From contig JASTWF010000033.1 in NCBI GenBank assembly GCA_030390025.1, forward strand, positions 6,450,001-6,514,000: a stretch of 64,000 nt of DNA, read 5' to 3'. Shown in pieces: positions 50,434 to 61,500 of this stretch (its first letter is position 1; each line of letters begins with the position of its first letter). Source of the stretch: Squalus acanthias (taxonomy: Eukaryota). The notes below the pieces were generated by a model. The model made no database searches. It worked only from the letters and a program-made list of their open reading frames with translations, and had not been told where the DNA came from. The translations under genes and the position numbers were made by a program.

Positions 50434-51335
50434 TCATCCTTTAATGAATTTTACAAATACAGTAAAGGGATATTTCACCACATTTTTCAACTGCTCTCTG
50501 AACTTAGTCTGAGTCACAACATAAATCCCAGTGTTTGTGCAGCAACTCAGGAGCTGCAGCATCAATCCCATTTCCAGTACATAATAAGGTAGATATACAG
50601 ACACAGAACCCAAATACAACATCCGCCTCCATATATAATACACCATAAACACTGCCCATAACAGGATGAAATTGCCGGAGATAACAAGCAGTAAAATGAT
50701 GGATTTCCTGCGGCTCTCCATCTCTGGGTCTCTGGGACTCTCCCCACTGCTGGGACCCCGGAGTCTCCTGCGGGCTCTGCTGGCAACTAAAATGTGTCTG
50801 ACGGTGGCAGCATTGAGCAGCAGAATCACAACAAATGGGACACACGGGGTGATAATATAATGAAGGAGCTCGATTGTTCCCCAGACCCGTGAAAACAGAA
50901 CATTGGGTGTTACATAACAAAACCAGGGGTCGTTCGAAAGCCAATACCGACCTGTGAACATAAAATACCAGAAAATGTTCTTTAAACCGCTCAGCACAGT
51001 CACTGTTCCCAGAACCACAGCCGCCGTTTTCTCGGTGCAATATTTAGTTTTCAGCTTCTGGCAACAAATGGCCACAAATCGATCAAAGGTGAAAGTGACG
51101 GTGAACCAGACAGAACAGTCTGTGGCTGCATAAAGCAGGACGGCGTGGATATTACACACGGGGATGTATCGCACGAAATCAAACTTTTCCCTATAAATAA
51201 TCGGAATCTGCCTCAATATCAGGTCGAGGATAACGACCAGTAGATCCGCCGCTGCCATGGCCACCAGGTAGCGACTGACACATTTGGAGAGACCGCACTT
51301 TCCCTGGGACAGGATCACAACCGTCACTAAGTTAA
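50434..51335 (-). CDS. GPR139/142-like rhodopsin-class GPCR, intact main exon (first exon not located)
   Basis: Polypyrimidine-CAG acceptor at 51336-51337; open frame (V)NLVTVVILSQGKCGLS..AMAAADLL..FDRFVAICC..ESRRKSII..SCCTNTGIY..KG*. Confidence 0.9.
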
Positions 51336-52769
51336 CTGTGAGGAAGGGAAATAAAGAAGGAAATTATAAATTAGGCTGGGAGCAAAAGCATCAGTTTGAT
51401 AGAATTCGGGGTGAACTCTGCAACTCATTAGAGTCATTTAATGATATAAACTAATTATCTTACCTGTGGAGCTGAATACAGGGATTATTGTAAGGATAAT
51501 CGATAATAAATTGTGGAATCAATAAATTAAATAAATACAACATGTAAGTAACTGATGTTTGATCAATGACATATTAGCTGACAGCTCCCTTTAGCCCAGC
51601 GGATTAAAGCACCGCCCGAGGTACCAGGGACACAACGGACCAGGACCTCTCAGGAAGCCTTCGTGTCCCGCTATCAGTCAACATTAGGAGCTCCTTCTCC
51701 TGATTAGAATATTCATTATATTTAGAACTGAAAATGAATGAATCAGCAACATACAGAATCTGCAACCTTGTCGTGCAATAATTACAGGTAATTGTATTTA
51801 AAATGTAGGGCTGTAATATGAAAATGACAAGATAATAAATACAAGTGCACTGCAGTTATAAAGATAACTAAGCTGTAAGAAGTGTGTTAAAGATTGAGTT
51901 TTCTGCATTTTTTTTTGAAATACACAGATTGTAGCTCATTGAAAGGAAGATTTTCCAAATAACATTGCAAATAGACACTGAATTAAAATAAATAGTTATA
52001 ATTGAACAGTTAATGTCGCACTAAACGCATTTATTGGCATCGAAATCAGAGGACTCATACCGCAGGAAAAGTGCCCTCCAACGCCTTTTTAAAAGTATCT
52101 GAGCACAAATGGAAGAGATTTATTGCACTTATTCACCTTCTGGTTTCCACTTGTGCAGAGAATATTAGACGGGAAATCTGAAAGGATTTTCTTATCCTCA
52201 ATACTTCAATTGCAATCAGCTGGGATTGTTTAACCTGAAGTACAGCAGGAGGCAATAGAGAATCACTCCGGGTCTCACTGAGAGATCCACTGAACTGTGA
52301 CAGACGGGCATGGGATCCAATTGTAAATTCAACACATAGATAAGAAGTAAATGTGTTGAAATCTGGCTAAATGAACATTATGTGAGAATGTAAATTATCC
52401 TTTTAATCCTATTCTAACCATCAGAAGCAGTGTCAGTAATGGATAAGTGGAGGGGGTGGAAAATGAGACAGTGACTGGAAATGAATGAATAGCGGATATT
52501 TCATCCGCCAATAAAATAACGTGGAAAGAACAGTGATAACGCAATTCCTCTTCCTGTATGGAACTCATACTGAGAACAAAAGATGAGAAAGTGGCAGAAA
52601 AAGGGAAGGAATACAATAAGAAAAATGAAGGATTGCCCCAATCTTGTTCTCTGATGTATTCCTTCCCAGACCATTAGGGTAAAAATACTCACAATCAATA
52701 AATGTTTCTAAACGGCAGGATCTTACAGATGACTCCAGTTATGGAATGTTGGAAATGCCTACTCGGCAC

Positions 52770-52960
52770 TTCTTCTGCCTCAACCCAGGAATTTAATTCC
52801 CAGATCCGCCTAGATTACACTCCTCCTGCCTCAGTCCAGGAATGTAATTCCCAGATCCGCCTAGATTACACTCCTCCTGCCTCAGTCCAGTAATTTCATT
52901 CCCAGGGCCGCCTAGATTACACTGCTTCCGCCTCAGTCCAGTAATTGTATTCCCAGGGCC
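52770..52960. repeat. 51-bp tandem repeat, ~3.7 copies
   Basis: ttcccagatccgcctagattacactcctcctgcctcagtccag. Confidence 0.85.
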
Positions 52961-53129
52961 TTCTGAATCTAGATCAAGAAGAACAAGTTGTTTCTAAACA
53001 TTGACAAAACACAACCAAACACGTTATGGTGCTTTACCGACTGGAAGAATGAATAAAACAAGCAGAGGTTTGACTCCAAGGAATGAAAAGAAAGTGCTTA
53101 AAATATTAGCCAATTAGATAAATATCCTG

Positions 53130-54275
53130 TAACCGTCTCAATACTCCATGAAACGATAGTGAGACATTGAATTCTCGCACAGTCATACTCGCAGAATCAT
53201 AACTGTCAGTCCACATTCCCGACTCCTCCATTACAATCTCAGGGTATGTCCTGGTCCACCTGCAGGACAGACCCCCCAGAGGTAGCGGCACGGGGGTACA
53301 CAGTCGGGTGGGAGAGATCTTGCGAGTTCTCAACATTGACTGAGGACATAATGAAGTCTCATGGCGACCAGTCAGAAATGGATAAGTTAACGTTCTGCTG
53401 ATTATCATCAAGACGCCCTCCCTAGCTGATAAATCGAGGGTATGATGCGAGGGTACCCTATCAGGAAAGGATGAACAGGCTGGGTCACTTTTCTCTTTAA
53501 AAAAGAAGGCTGAGGGGCGTACTAGTAGACGTCATTAAAATTATGAAATGTTTTGATAGAGTAGATACAGAGAGAATGTTTCCATTTGTGGGGAAGAGCA
53601 TAACTGGAGGCCGGTGCAGGCTCGAAGGGCCGAATGGCCTACTCCTGCTCCTAGTTCTTATGTTCTTATGTCGGCCATCAAAATAAGATAGTCACCGAGA
53701 AATCCAACAGGGAATTCAGTGGAAACGTCTTTACCCAAAGAGTGGTGAGAATGATAAATTCGCTCCCACCGGGAGTCGTTTAATCTAATAATATAGATGC
53801 ATTTAAGGGGAGACTAGACAAGCATATGAGGGAGCAGGAAATGGAGCGTTATGGAGATAGAGTTAGATGAGGAAATAGGGGAGGCTGATCGAGTGGAGCA
53901 TAAACACCGGCATGGACTGTTTGGGCAGAATGGCCTGTTTCTGTGCCGTATATCCGATGTAATCCTATGTAATCGGCACATCTTCATGCTGAACACCAGT
54001 TGATGGGGGCACCGAGAGCAGAAAGGGCACAACATATACGCTGGGTGTGGAGGGGGAAACTTCAATGTCCATCACCAAGATTGGCTCGGAAGTAACATCA
54101 TTAACCGAGCCCTGAAGAACACAGCTGCAGGTTTTTGGGAAAACCAACATGAGAGAATAGCCTGCTTGACCTCGCCTCACCAATCTACCTATTGCATAAG
54201 CATGTGTCCATGACGATATTGATAGGACTGACCACTGCTTAATATGTGTGGAGTTTAACTTCGCCATCACACTGT
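53130..54275 (+). mobile_element. Degenerate LINE endonuclease fragment split by a CR1 3' fragment (53437-53972)
   Basis: VILAES..PDSSITISGYVLVH.QDRP.RGSG, then aacttcaatgtccatcaccaagattggctcgga (NFNVHHQDWLG); the nested CR1 itself carries a short CR1 tail at ~53613-53670. Confidence 0.65.
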
Positions 54276-54476
54276 AAGAAATCGTGGATTGAAAGAAATA
54301 ATAATCTGTTACAGGTTCGCTAGATCAGCAGCTTGGCCAACTTGATGGCACAAGTGTCTGGTCCTGTCTCTAGAAATAACATTTGTGACTGGTCCTGTCT
54401 CTTTAAATAGCCTGTGCAACTGATCCTGACATTTTAAAAAGCAATTGTGGCTGGTCCTATCTCTTTAAAAAGTCGG

Positions 54477-54804
54477 AAGTCGCACAACACCACGTTATAG
54501 TCCACAGTTTTATTTGAAATTACGAGCTTTCGGAGCTCTGCTCCTTCGTCAGGTACAGTGAGGGAATACAAATCGGTTACAAAGTATATATAGACAGAGA
54601 ACAATGTGTCTGCAGAGATACAATCCATCAGGGAGGCATTACATCAAAGACACAGCAGAGTACAGCTAAAACAATGAGGTGGGGTCACAGGTGGTCCAAA
54701 GTGTCAAATGCTGCAGTCTGCAGTTAAGCTTTTTTATTTTTTTAAAAACTGGAAATCACATCTGTGAACAAGACAACGACGTCGATTCACGTCCTGTAGC
54801 GTGA
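54477..54804 (-). mobile_element. Penelope-like insertion in the satellite with a 14-bp TSD
   Basis: ctttaaaaagtcgg at 54463-54476 and 54805-54818; pLTR-like end with a hammerhead motif and AATAAA on the minus strand. Confidence 0.75.
54521..54555 (-). ncRNA. Minimal type I hammerhead ribozyme motif
   Basis: uac-CUGACGA-A-GGAGC-aga-GCUCC-GAAA-G-CUC-gua. Confidence 0.7.
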
Positions 54805-55173
54805 CTTTAAAAAGTCGGCAGGGCTGATGCTGACTCTTTCAAAAGCCACTGTGACTGGTCCTGTCTCTTTAAAAAAAGACTGTGTGACTCATCCTGTCTC
54901 TTTAAAAAGCCTGTGCGACTGATCCTGTCTCTACAAAAAGACTGTGTGACGGGTCCGGTCTCTTTAAAAGGCCAGGGTGATTGACCCTATCTCTTTCAAA
55001 AGTCTGTTTTTCTGGACATGATTCTTTAAAAAGCATATGTGAATGTGTCTGTCTCTTTAAAAAGCCTGTGTGACTGGGCGTGTCGTTTTAAAAAAGCATG
55101 TGGAACAGGTCCTGTCTCTTTCAAAAGACTGTGTGGCTGATCCTGACACTTTAAAAAGCCATTGTGATTGCGA

Positions 55174-55554
55174 GGGCAACACGGTGGCATAGTGGTTAGC
55201 ACTGGTGCCTCACAGCGCCAGGGACCCGGGTTCGAATCTGACCTCGGGTGACTGTCTGTGTGGAGTTTGCACATTCTCCCCGTGTCTGCGTGGGTTTCCT
55301 CCGGGTGCTCCGGTTTCCTCCCACAGTCCAAAATGTGCGGGTTAGGTTGATTTGGCTATGATAAATTGACCCTTAGTGTTAGGGGGGTATTAAATACGTG
55401 GGGTTACGGGGGTCGGGTGGGATATGTGTACTGTGGGGATTAAAGCAGGGACAGGGTACTGGATTTGGATGATCAGCCATGATCGTATTGAATGGTGGAG
55501 CAGGCTCGACGGGCCGAATGGCCTACTCCTGCTCCTAGATTCTATGTTTCTATG
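55174..55554 (+). mobile_element. Full-length tRNA-derived HE1/V-SINE-type element
   Basis: A box ggtggcatagtgg, B box gggttcgaatc, V-domain gtggagtttgcacattctccccgtgtctgcgtgggtttcctccggg, CR1-derived 3' tail. Confidence 0.9.
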
Positions 55555-58500
55555 TCCTGTCTCTTTAAAATACCTGTGTGACTCGGCCAGTGTCATTAAA
55601 AAGTCTGTGTGACTGGTCCTGTCACTTTAAAAACCAGTGTGACTGACCGTATCTCTATAAAAGGCGTTTGTGACTGGTCCTGTCTCTTTAAAAAGCCTGT
55701 GTGACTGGATCTGTCTCTTTAAAATGCCGGTGTGACTGCTCCTGTCTCTTTAAAATGCCTGTGTAACAGGTTCGGTCTCTTTAAAAACCTGTGCGACTGA
55801 TCCTGTCTCAATAAAAAAAAGTGTCTGACTGGTTCTGTCTCTTCAACAGCCTGTGTGACTGGTCGTGTCTCTTTAATTGTCGTTTGTGACTGTACTGTCT
55901 CTTTAAAATGCATCTGAGACTGGTCCTTTCGTTTTAAAAAGCTGTGTGACTGGTCCTTTCGCTTTAAAAAGCTGTGTGACTGTTCCTGTCTCTTTAAAAA
56001 GCCTGTGTGATTGGGCCTGTGTCTTTTAAATTCCTGTGTAACAGATGCTGTCTCTTTACATAGCATGTGTGCCTGGTCCTGTCTCTTTAAAAAGCCTGTG
56101 TGTCTAGTTATGTCTCTATAAAAAGCTTGTGTTACTTTTTGTGTCACTTCAAAAAGCCTTTGTGACTCTTCCTGTCGCTTGAAAACACCTGTGTGGCTGG
56201 TCCTGTCTCTTTAGAAATGCTGCCTGACTGGTCCTGTCTCTTTTAAAAGACTGCATGACACCTCCTGTCTCATTAAAAAGCCCGTGTGTCGAGTTCTGTC
56301 TCTATAAAATGCCTGTGTTACATTGCATGTCTCTTTAAATAGCCTGTTTCTCTGGTCCTGCCTGTGCGTCTGCTCCTTATTCTTTAATAATCCCGTTTGA
56401 TTAGTCCTATCTCTTTAAAAAGTGTTTGTGACAGATTCTGACTCTTTAAAAAGCAATTATGACGGGTCCTGTCTCTATAAAAAGCCTGTGTGACTGGTGC
56501 TGTCCCTTAAAAAGCCTGGGTGACTGGTGCTGTGTTTTAAAAAGCCTGTGTGACTGGTCCTGTGTCTTCAAAAAGCTGTGTGAACGGTCCTGTCCCTTTT
56601 AATGCCTGTGTGACTGGACCAGTCTCTTTAAAAACTTGTGTGACTAGTCCAGTCCCTTCAAAAAACATGTGTTTCTGGTCCTGTCTCTAGAAATAGCATT
56701 TGTAACTAGATCTGACTCTTTGAAAAGCATGTTGATAAGTCCTTTCTCTTTAAAAGAGCCTGTGTGTCTGCTCCTGTCTCTTTAAAAAGACTGTGTGAAT
56801 GGTCCTGTATCTTTCAAAAGCCTGTGCAACAGATCCTTACATTTTATATAGCAATTGTGACTGGTACTATATCTTTAAACAGTCGGCATGACTGATGCTG
56901 AATCTTTAATAAAAGCCTGTGTGTCTGATCCTGTCTCTTTAAAAAAGCCTGTGTGTCTGATCCTGTCTCTTTAAAAAAGACTGTTTGACTGATGCTTTCT
57001 CTATAAAAAAGATTGTGTGACGGGTGCTGTCTCTATAAAAAGGCTGTATGTCTGGCCCTGTCTCTATAAAAAGGCTGTATGTCTGGCCCTGTCTCTTTAA
57101 ACAGCATGTGTGCGTGGCCCTATCTCTTTAATATACCTTTGTGGCTGGCCCTGTCTCTTTAGAAAGCCAATGTGATTCGTCCTATATCTTTAAAAAGTCT
57201 GTGTGTCTGGACAAGTCTCTTGAAAAAGCCTGTGTGACTGGTCCTGTCTCTTTAAAACATCTGTGTGACTAGTGCTGACTCTTTAAAATGCCTGTGTTTC
57301 TTTTCGTGTCTCTTTAAATAGCCTTTGTGACTGGTCTTGTCTCTTTAAAAGCATGTGAGATTTGTCTTGTCTCTTAAAAAATCCTGTGTGACAGGTCCTA
57401 TCTCTTTTAATGTCGGTGTGACTGGTTCTATCTCTTTAAAAAAGCTTGTGTGTATAGTCCTGTCACTTTAAAATCATGAGTGACTGGTCATGTCTCTTTA
57501 AAAAGCCTGTGTGACAGGTCCTATCTCTTTAAAAAGCCTGTGTGACTGGCTCTGTCTCTTTAACAAGCCTGTGTGACTGATCCTGTCGCTTTAAAAAAGC
57601 CTTAGTGACTGGTCTTGTCACTTTAAAAAGCCTGTGATTGGTCTTGTCTCTTTAAAAAGCCCGTGTGACTGTTACTGTCTCTTTAGAAAGCCAGTGTGAC
57701 TGGTTCTGTCTATTTTAAAATGTTGTGTGTCTGGTCATGTCTCTTTAAGAAGCCTGTCTGACTTGTCGTATTTCTTTAAAATGTCTGTGTGATTGGCTCT
57801 GACTCTTTAAGAGGCAGTTGTGACTGATCCTGACTCTTTAATAAGGATTGAGACACGTTCTGTCTCTTTAAACCGCCTGTGTGACTGGTCCTGTCTCTTT
57901 AAAAAGCCGATGTGACTGGTCCTGACTCTTTAAAAGACTGTGTGACTGTTGCTGTCTCTTTACAAACCCTGTGTGACTGGTCCTGACTCATTAAAAACCT
58001 GTGTGACTGGTCCTTTCTCTTTAAAAACCTGTGTGACTGGTCCTTTCTCTGTGAAACGCCTGTGTGACTGGTCCTGTCTTTTTAAAAGACTGTGTGACTG
58101 TTGCTGTCTCTTTACAAACCCTGTGTGACTGGTCCTGACTCATTAAAAACCTGTGTGACTGGTCCTTTCTCTTTAAAAACCTGTGTGAATGGTCCTTTCT
58201 CTTTCAAAATCTATGTGACTGGTTAGGTCTTTTTAAAATGCCTGTGTGATTAGTCCGGCCTTTTTAAAACACTGTGTGACTGGTTCTGTCGCTTTAAAAC
58301 CCCTGTGTGACTGGTCCTGTCTCTTTAAAAACCTGTGTGACTGGTCCTATTTTTTTAAAAACCCTGTGAGACTGGTCCCGACTCTTCAAAAGCCTGTGTG
58401 ACTGGTTCTGTATCTTTAAACATCTGTGTGACTGGTTCTGTCTCTTTAAAATGGCTGTGTGACTGCTTCTGTCTCTTTAAAAGCCTGTGTGACTGGTCCT

Positions 58501-61500
58501 GTTTCTTTCAAATCTTGTGTGACAGGACCTGGCTCTAGAGATAGCATTTGTGACTAGATCTGACTCCTTAAAAGATTGCTTGACTAGTCCTTTCGCTTTA
58601 AAAAAGATTGTGTACCTGGTCCTGTCTCTTTAAAAAGCCTGTAAAACTGATCCTGACATTTTAAAAAGCAATTATGACTGGTGCTATCTCTTTAAAAAGT
58701 CGGCTTGACTGATGCTGACTCATTAAAAAGCCTGTGTGTCTGATCCTGTCTCTTTAAAAAAGTCTGTGTGACTGATCCTGTCTCTATAAAAAAGATTGTG
58801 TGACTGTTCCTGTCTCTATAAAAAGGCTGTGTGACGGGTGCTGTCTCTTTACAAAGCCTGTGTGACTGGCCCTGTCTCTATAAAAAGACTGTGTGACTGG
58901 TCCTGTCTCTCTAAACAGCATGTGTGCGTGGCCCTATCTCTTTAATATACCTTTGTGGCTGGCCCTGTCTCTTTAGAAAGCCAATGTGTTTCGCCCTATA
59001 TCTTTAAAAAGTCTGTGTGTCTGGACAAGTCTCTTGAAAAAGCCAATGTGACTGGTCCTGTCTCTTTAAAACATCTGTGTGATTAGTCCTGTCTTTTTAA
59101 AAAGACTGTATGACTTTTTGTGTCTCGTTAAATAGCCTTTGTGACTGGTCTTGTCTCTTTAAAAGCATGTGAGATTGGTCTTGTCTCTTAAAAAAACCTG
59201 TGTGACAGGTGCTATCTCTTTAAATGTCGGTGTGACTGGTTCTATCTCTTTAAAACTCTTGTGTGTGTAGTCCTGTCACTTTAAAAAGCATAAGTGACTG
59301 GTCATGTCTCTTTAAAAAGCCTGTGTGACAGGTCCTATCTCTTTAAAAAGCCTGTGTGACTGATCCTATTCTCTTTAAAAAGCCTGTGTGACTGATCCTG
59401 TCTCTTTAAAAAGCCTTTGTGACTGGTCTTGTCTCTTTAAAAAGCCTGTGACTGGTCTTGTCTCTTTAAAAAACTTGTGTGACTGTTCCTGTCTCTTTAG
59501 AAAGCCAGTGTGACTGGTTCTGTCTATTTAAAAATTGTGTGTGTCTGGTCATGTCTCTTTAAAAGGCCTGTCTGACTTGTCGTATTTCTTTAAAAAGTCT
59601 GTGTGATTGGCTCTGTCTCTTTAAAAGGCATTTGTGACTGATCCTGACTCTTTAATAACGATTGTGACACGTTCTGTCTCTTTAAAAAGCCTGTGTGTCT
59701 GGTTCTGTCTCTTTAAAAAGCCTGTGTGTCTAGTTCTGTCTCTTTAAAAAGCCTGTGTGTCGAGTTCTGTCTCTTTAAAAACCCTTTGTAGCATTTCCTG
59801 TCTCTTTAACTAGCCTGTTTAACTGGTCCTGTCTGTGCGCCTGCTCCTTTTTGTTTAATAAGACCGTGTGACTGATCCCGACTCTTTAAAATGCAATTGT
59901 GACGGGTTCTGTCTGTATAACTGGCCTGTGTGATTGCTCCTGTACCTTTAAAAGCCTGTTTGTCTGGTCCTGTCTCTTCAAAAAGGTTGTGTGACTGGTC
60001 CTGTCCCTTTAAAAGCCTGTGGCTGGTCCTGTCTCTTTAAAAGCTTGTGGGACTGGTTCTGTCTCTTCAAAAAAGCCTGCGTGACTGGTCCTGTCTCTTC
60101 AAAAAGGTTGTGTGACTGGTCCTGTCCCTTTAAAAGCCTGTGGCTGGTCCTGTCTCTTTAAAAGCCTGTGAATGTTCCTGTCCGTGTAAACGCCTGTGTG
60201 ACTGGCCCTGTTTCTTTCAAACCTTGTGTGACAGGTCCTGACTCTAGAAATAGCATTTGTGACTAGATCTGACTCATAAAAAAGCTTGTTTGACAAGTCC
60301 GTTCTCTTTAAACAGACTGTGTGACTGGTCCTGTCTCTTTAAAAGCCTTTAAAACTGATCCTGACAGTTTAAAAAGCAATTGTGACTGGTACTATCTCTT
60401 TAAAAAGTCGGCATGACTGATGGACTCTTTAAAAATACTGTGCGACTGAACCTATCTCTTCAAAAAGCCTGTATGACTGATGCTGTCTCTTTAAAAAGTC
60501 TGTGTGACTGATCCTGACTTGTTAAAAAGCAATTGCGAAGGGTCCTGTCTCCTTTCAAAGCCTGTCTGATTGGTCCGGTCTCTTTAAAAAGCATGTGTGC
60601 CTGGCCCTATCTCTGTAGTATGCGTTTGTGACTGGCCCTGTCTCTTTAGAAAGCCAATTTGATGCATCCTATCTCTTTAAAAAGTCTGTGTGTCTGGACA
60701 TGTCACGTTAAAAAGCCTGTGTGACGGCTCCTGTCTCTTTAAAACACCTGTGTGAATAGTCCTGATTCTTAAAAAACCTGTGTGACTGCTCCTGTCTCTG
60801 TATAAACCCTGTGTAACTGGTCCTGTCTCTGTAAAAACCCTGTGTGACTGGTCCTTTCTCTGTGAAACGCCTGTGTGACTGGTCCTGTCTCTGTGAAACG
60901 CCTGTGTGACTGGTCCTGACTCATTGAAAACCTGTGTGACTGGTCCTTTCTCTTTAAAAATATATGTGACTGGTTAGGTCTCTTTAAAATGCCTGTGTGA
61001 TTAGTCCTGCCTTTTTAAAACAGTGTGTGACTGGTTCTGTCGCTTTAAATGCAGTGTGACTTGTTCCTGAATCTTCTGAAAGCCTGTTTGACTGGTCCTG
61101 TCTCTTTAAAAACCCCGTGTGACTGGTTCTGTCTGTATAAAAAGCCAATGAGACTGGGCCTGTCTCTTTAAAAAGCCAGTGTGACTGGTCCTGTCTCTTT
61201 GAAAAGCCTGTGTGAATGATCCTGTCACTTTAAAAAGCCAGTGTGACTGGTACTGACTATTTAAAAAGCCTGTGTGTCTGGTTCTGTCTGTTTAGAAAGC
61301 CTGTGTGTCTATTTATGTTTCTTAAAAAGCCTGTGTAACATTTCCTGTCTCTTTAACTAGCCTGTTTATCTGGTCCTGTCTGTGCGCCTGCTCATTTTTG
61401 TTTAATAAGCCCGTGTGACTGATCACGACTCTTTAAAATGCAATTGTGACGAGTTCTGTCTGTATAAAAAGCCTGTGTGATTGTTTCTGTACCTTTAAAA

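Noticed and set aside
51464..51545. Candidate first exon for the intact GPCR (CAG|GTAAG donor 129 nt upstream of the acceptor)
   Set aside because: The phase-1 frame has an upstream stop and no ATG, the nearby ATG gives phase 2, and the peptide lacks the YY..IA..GVP pattern
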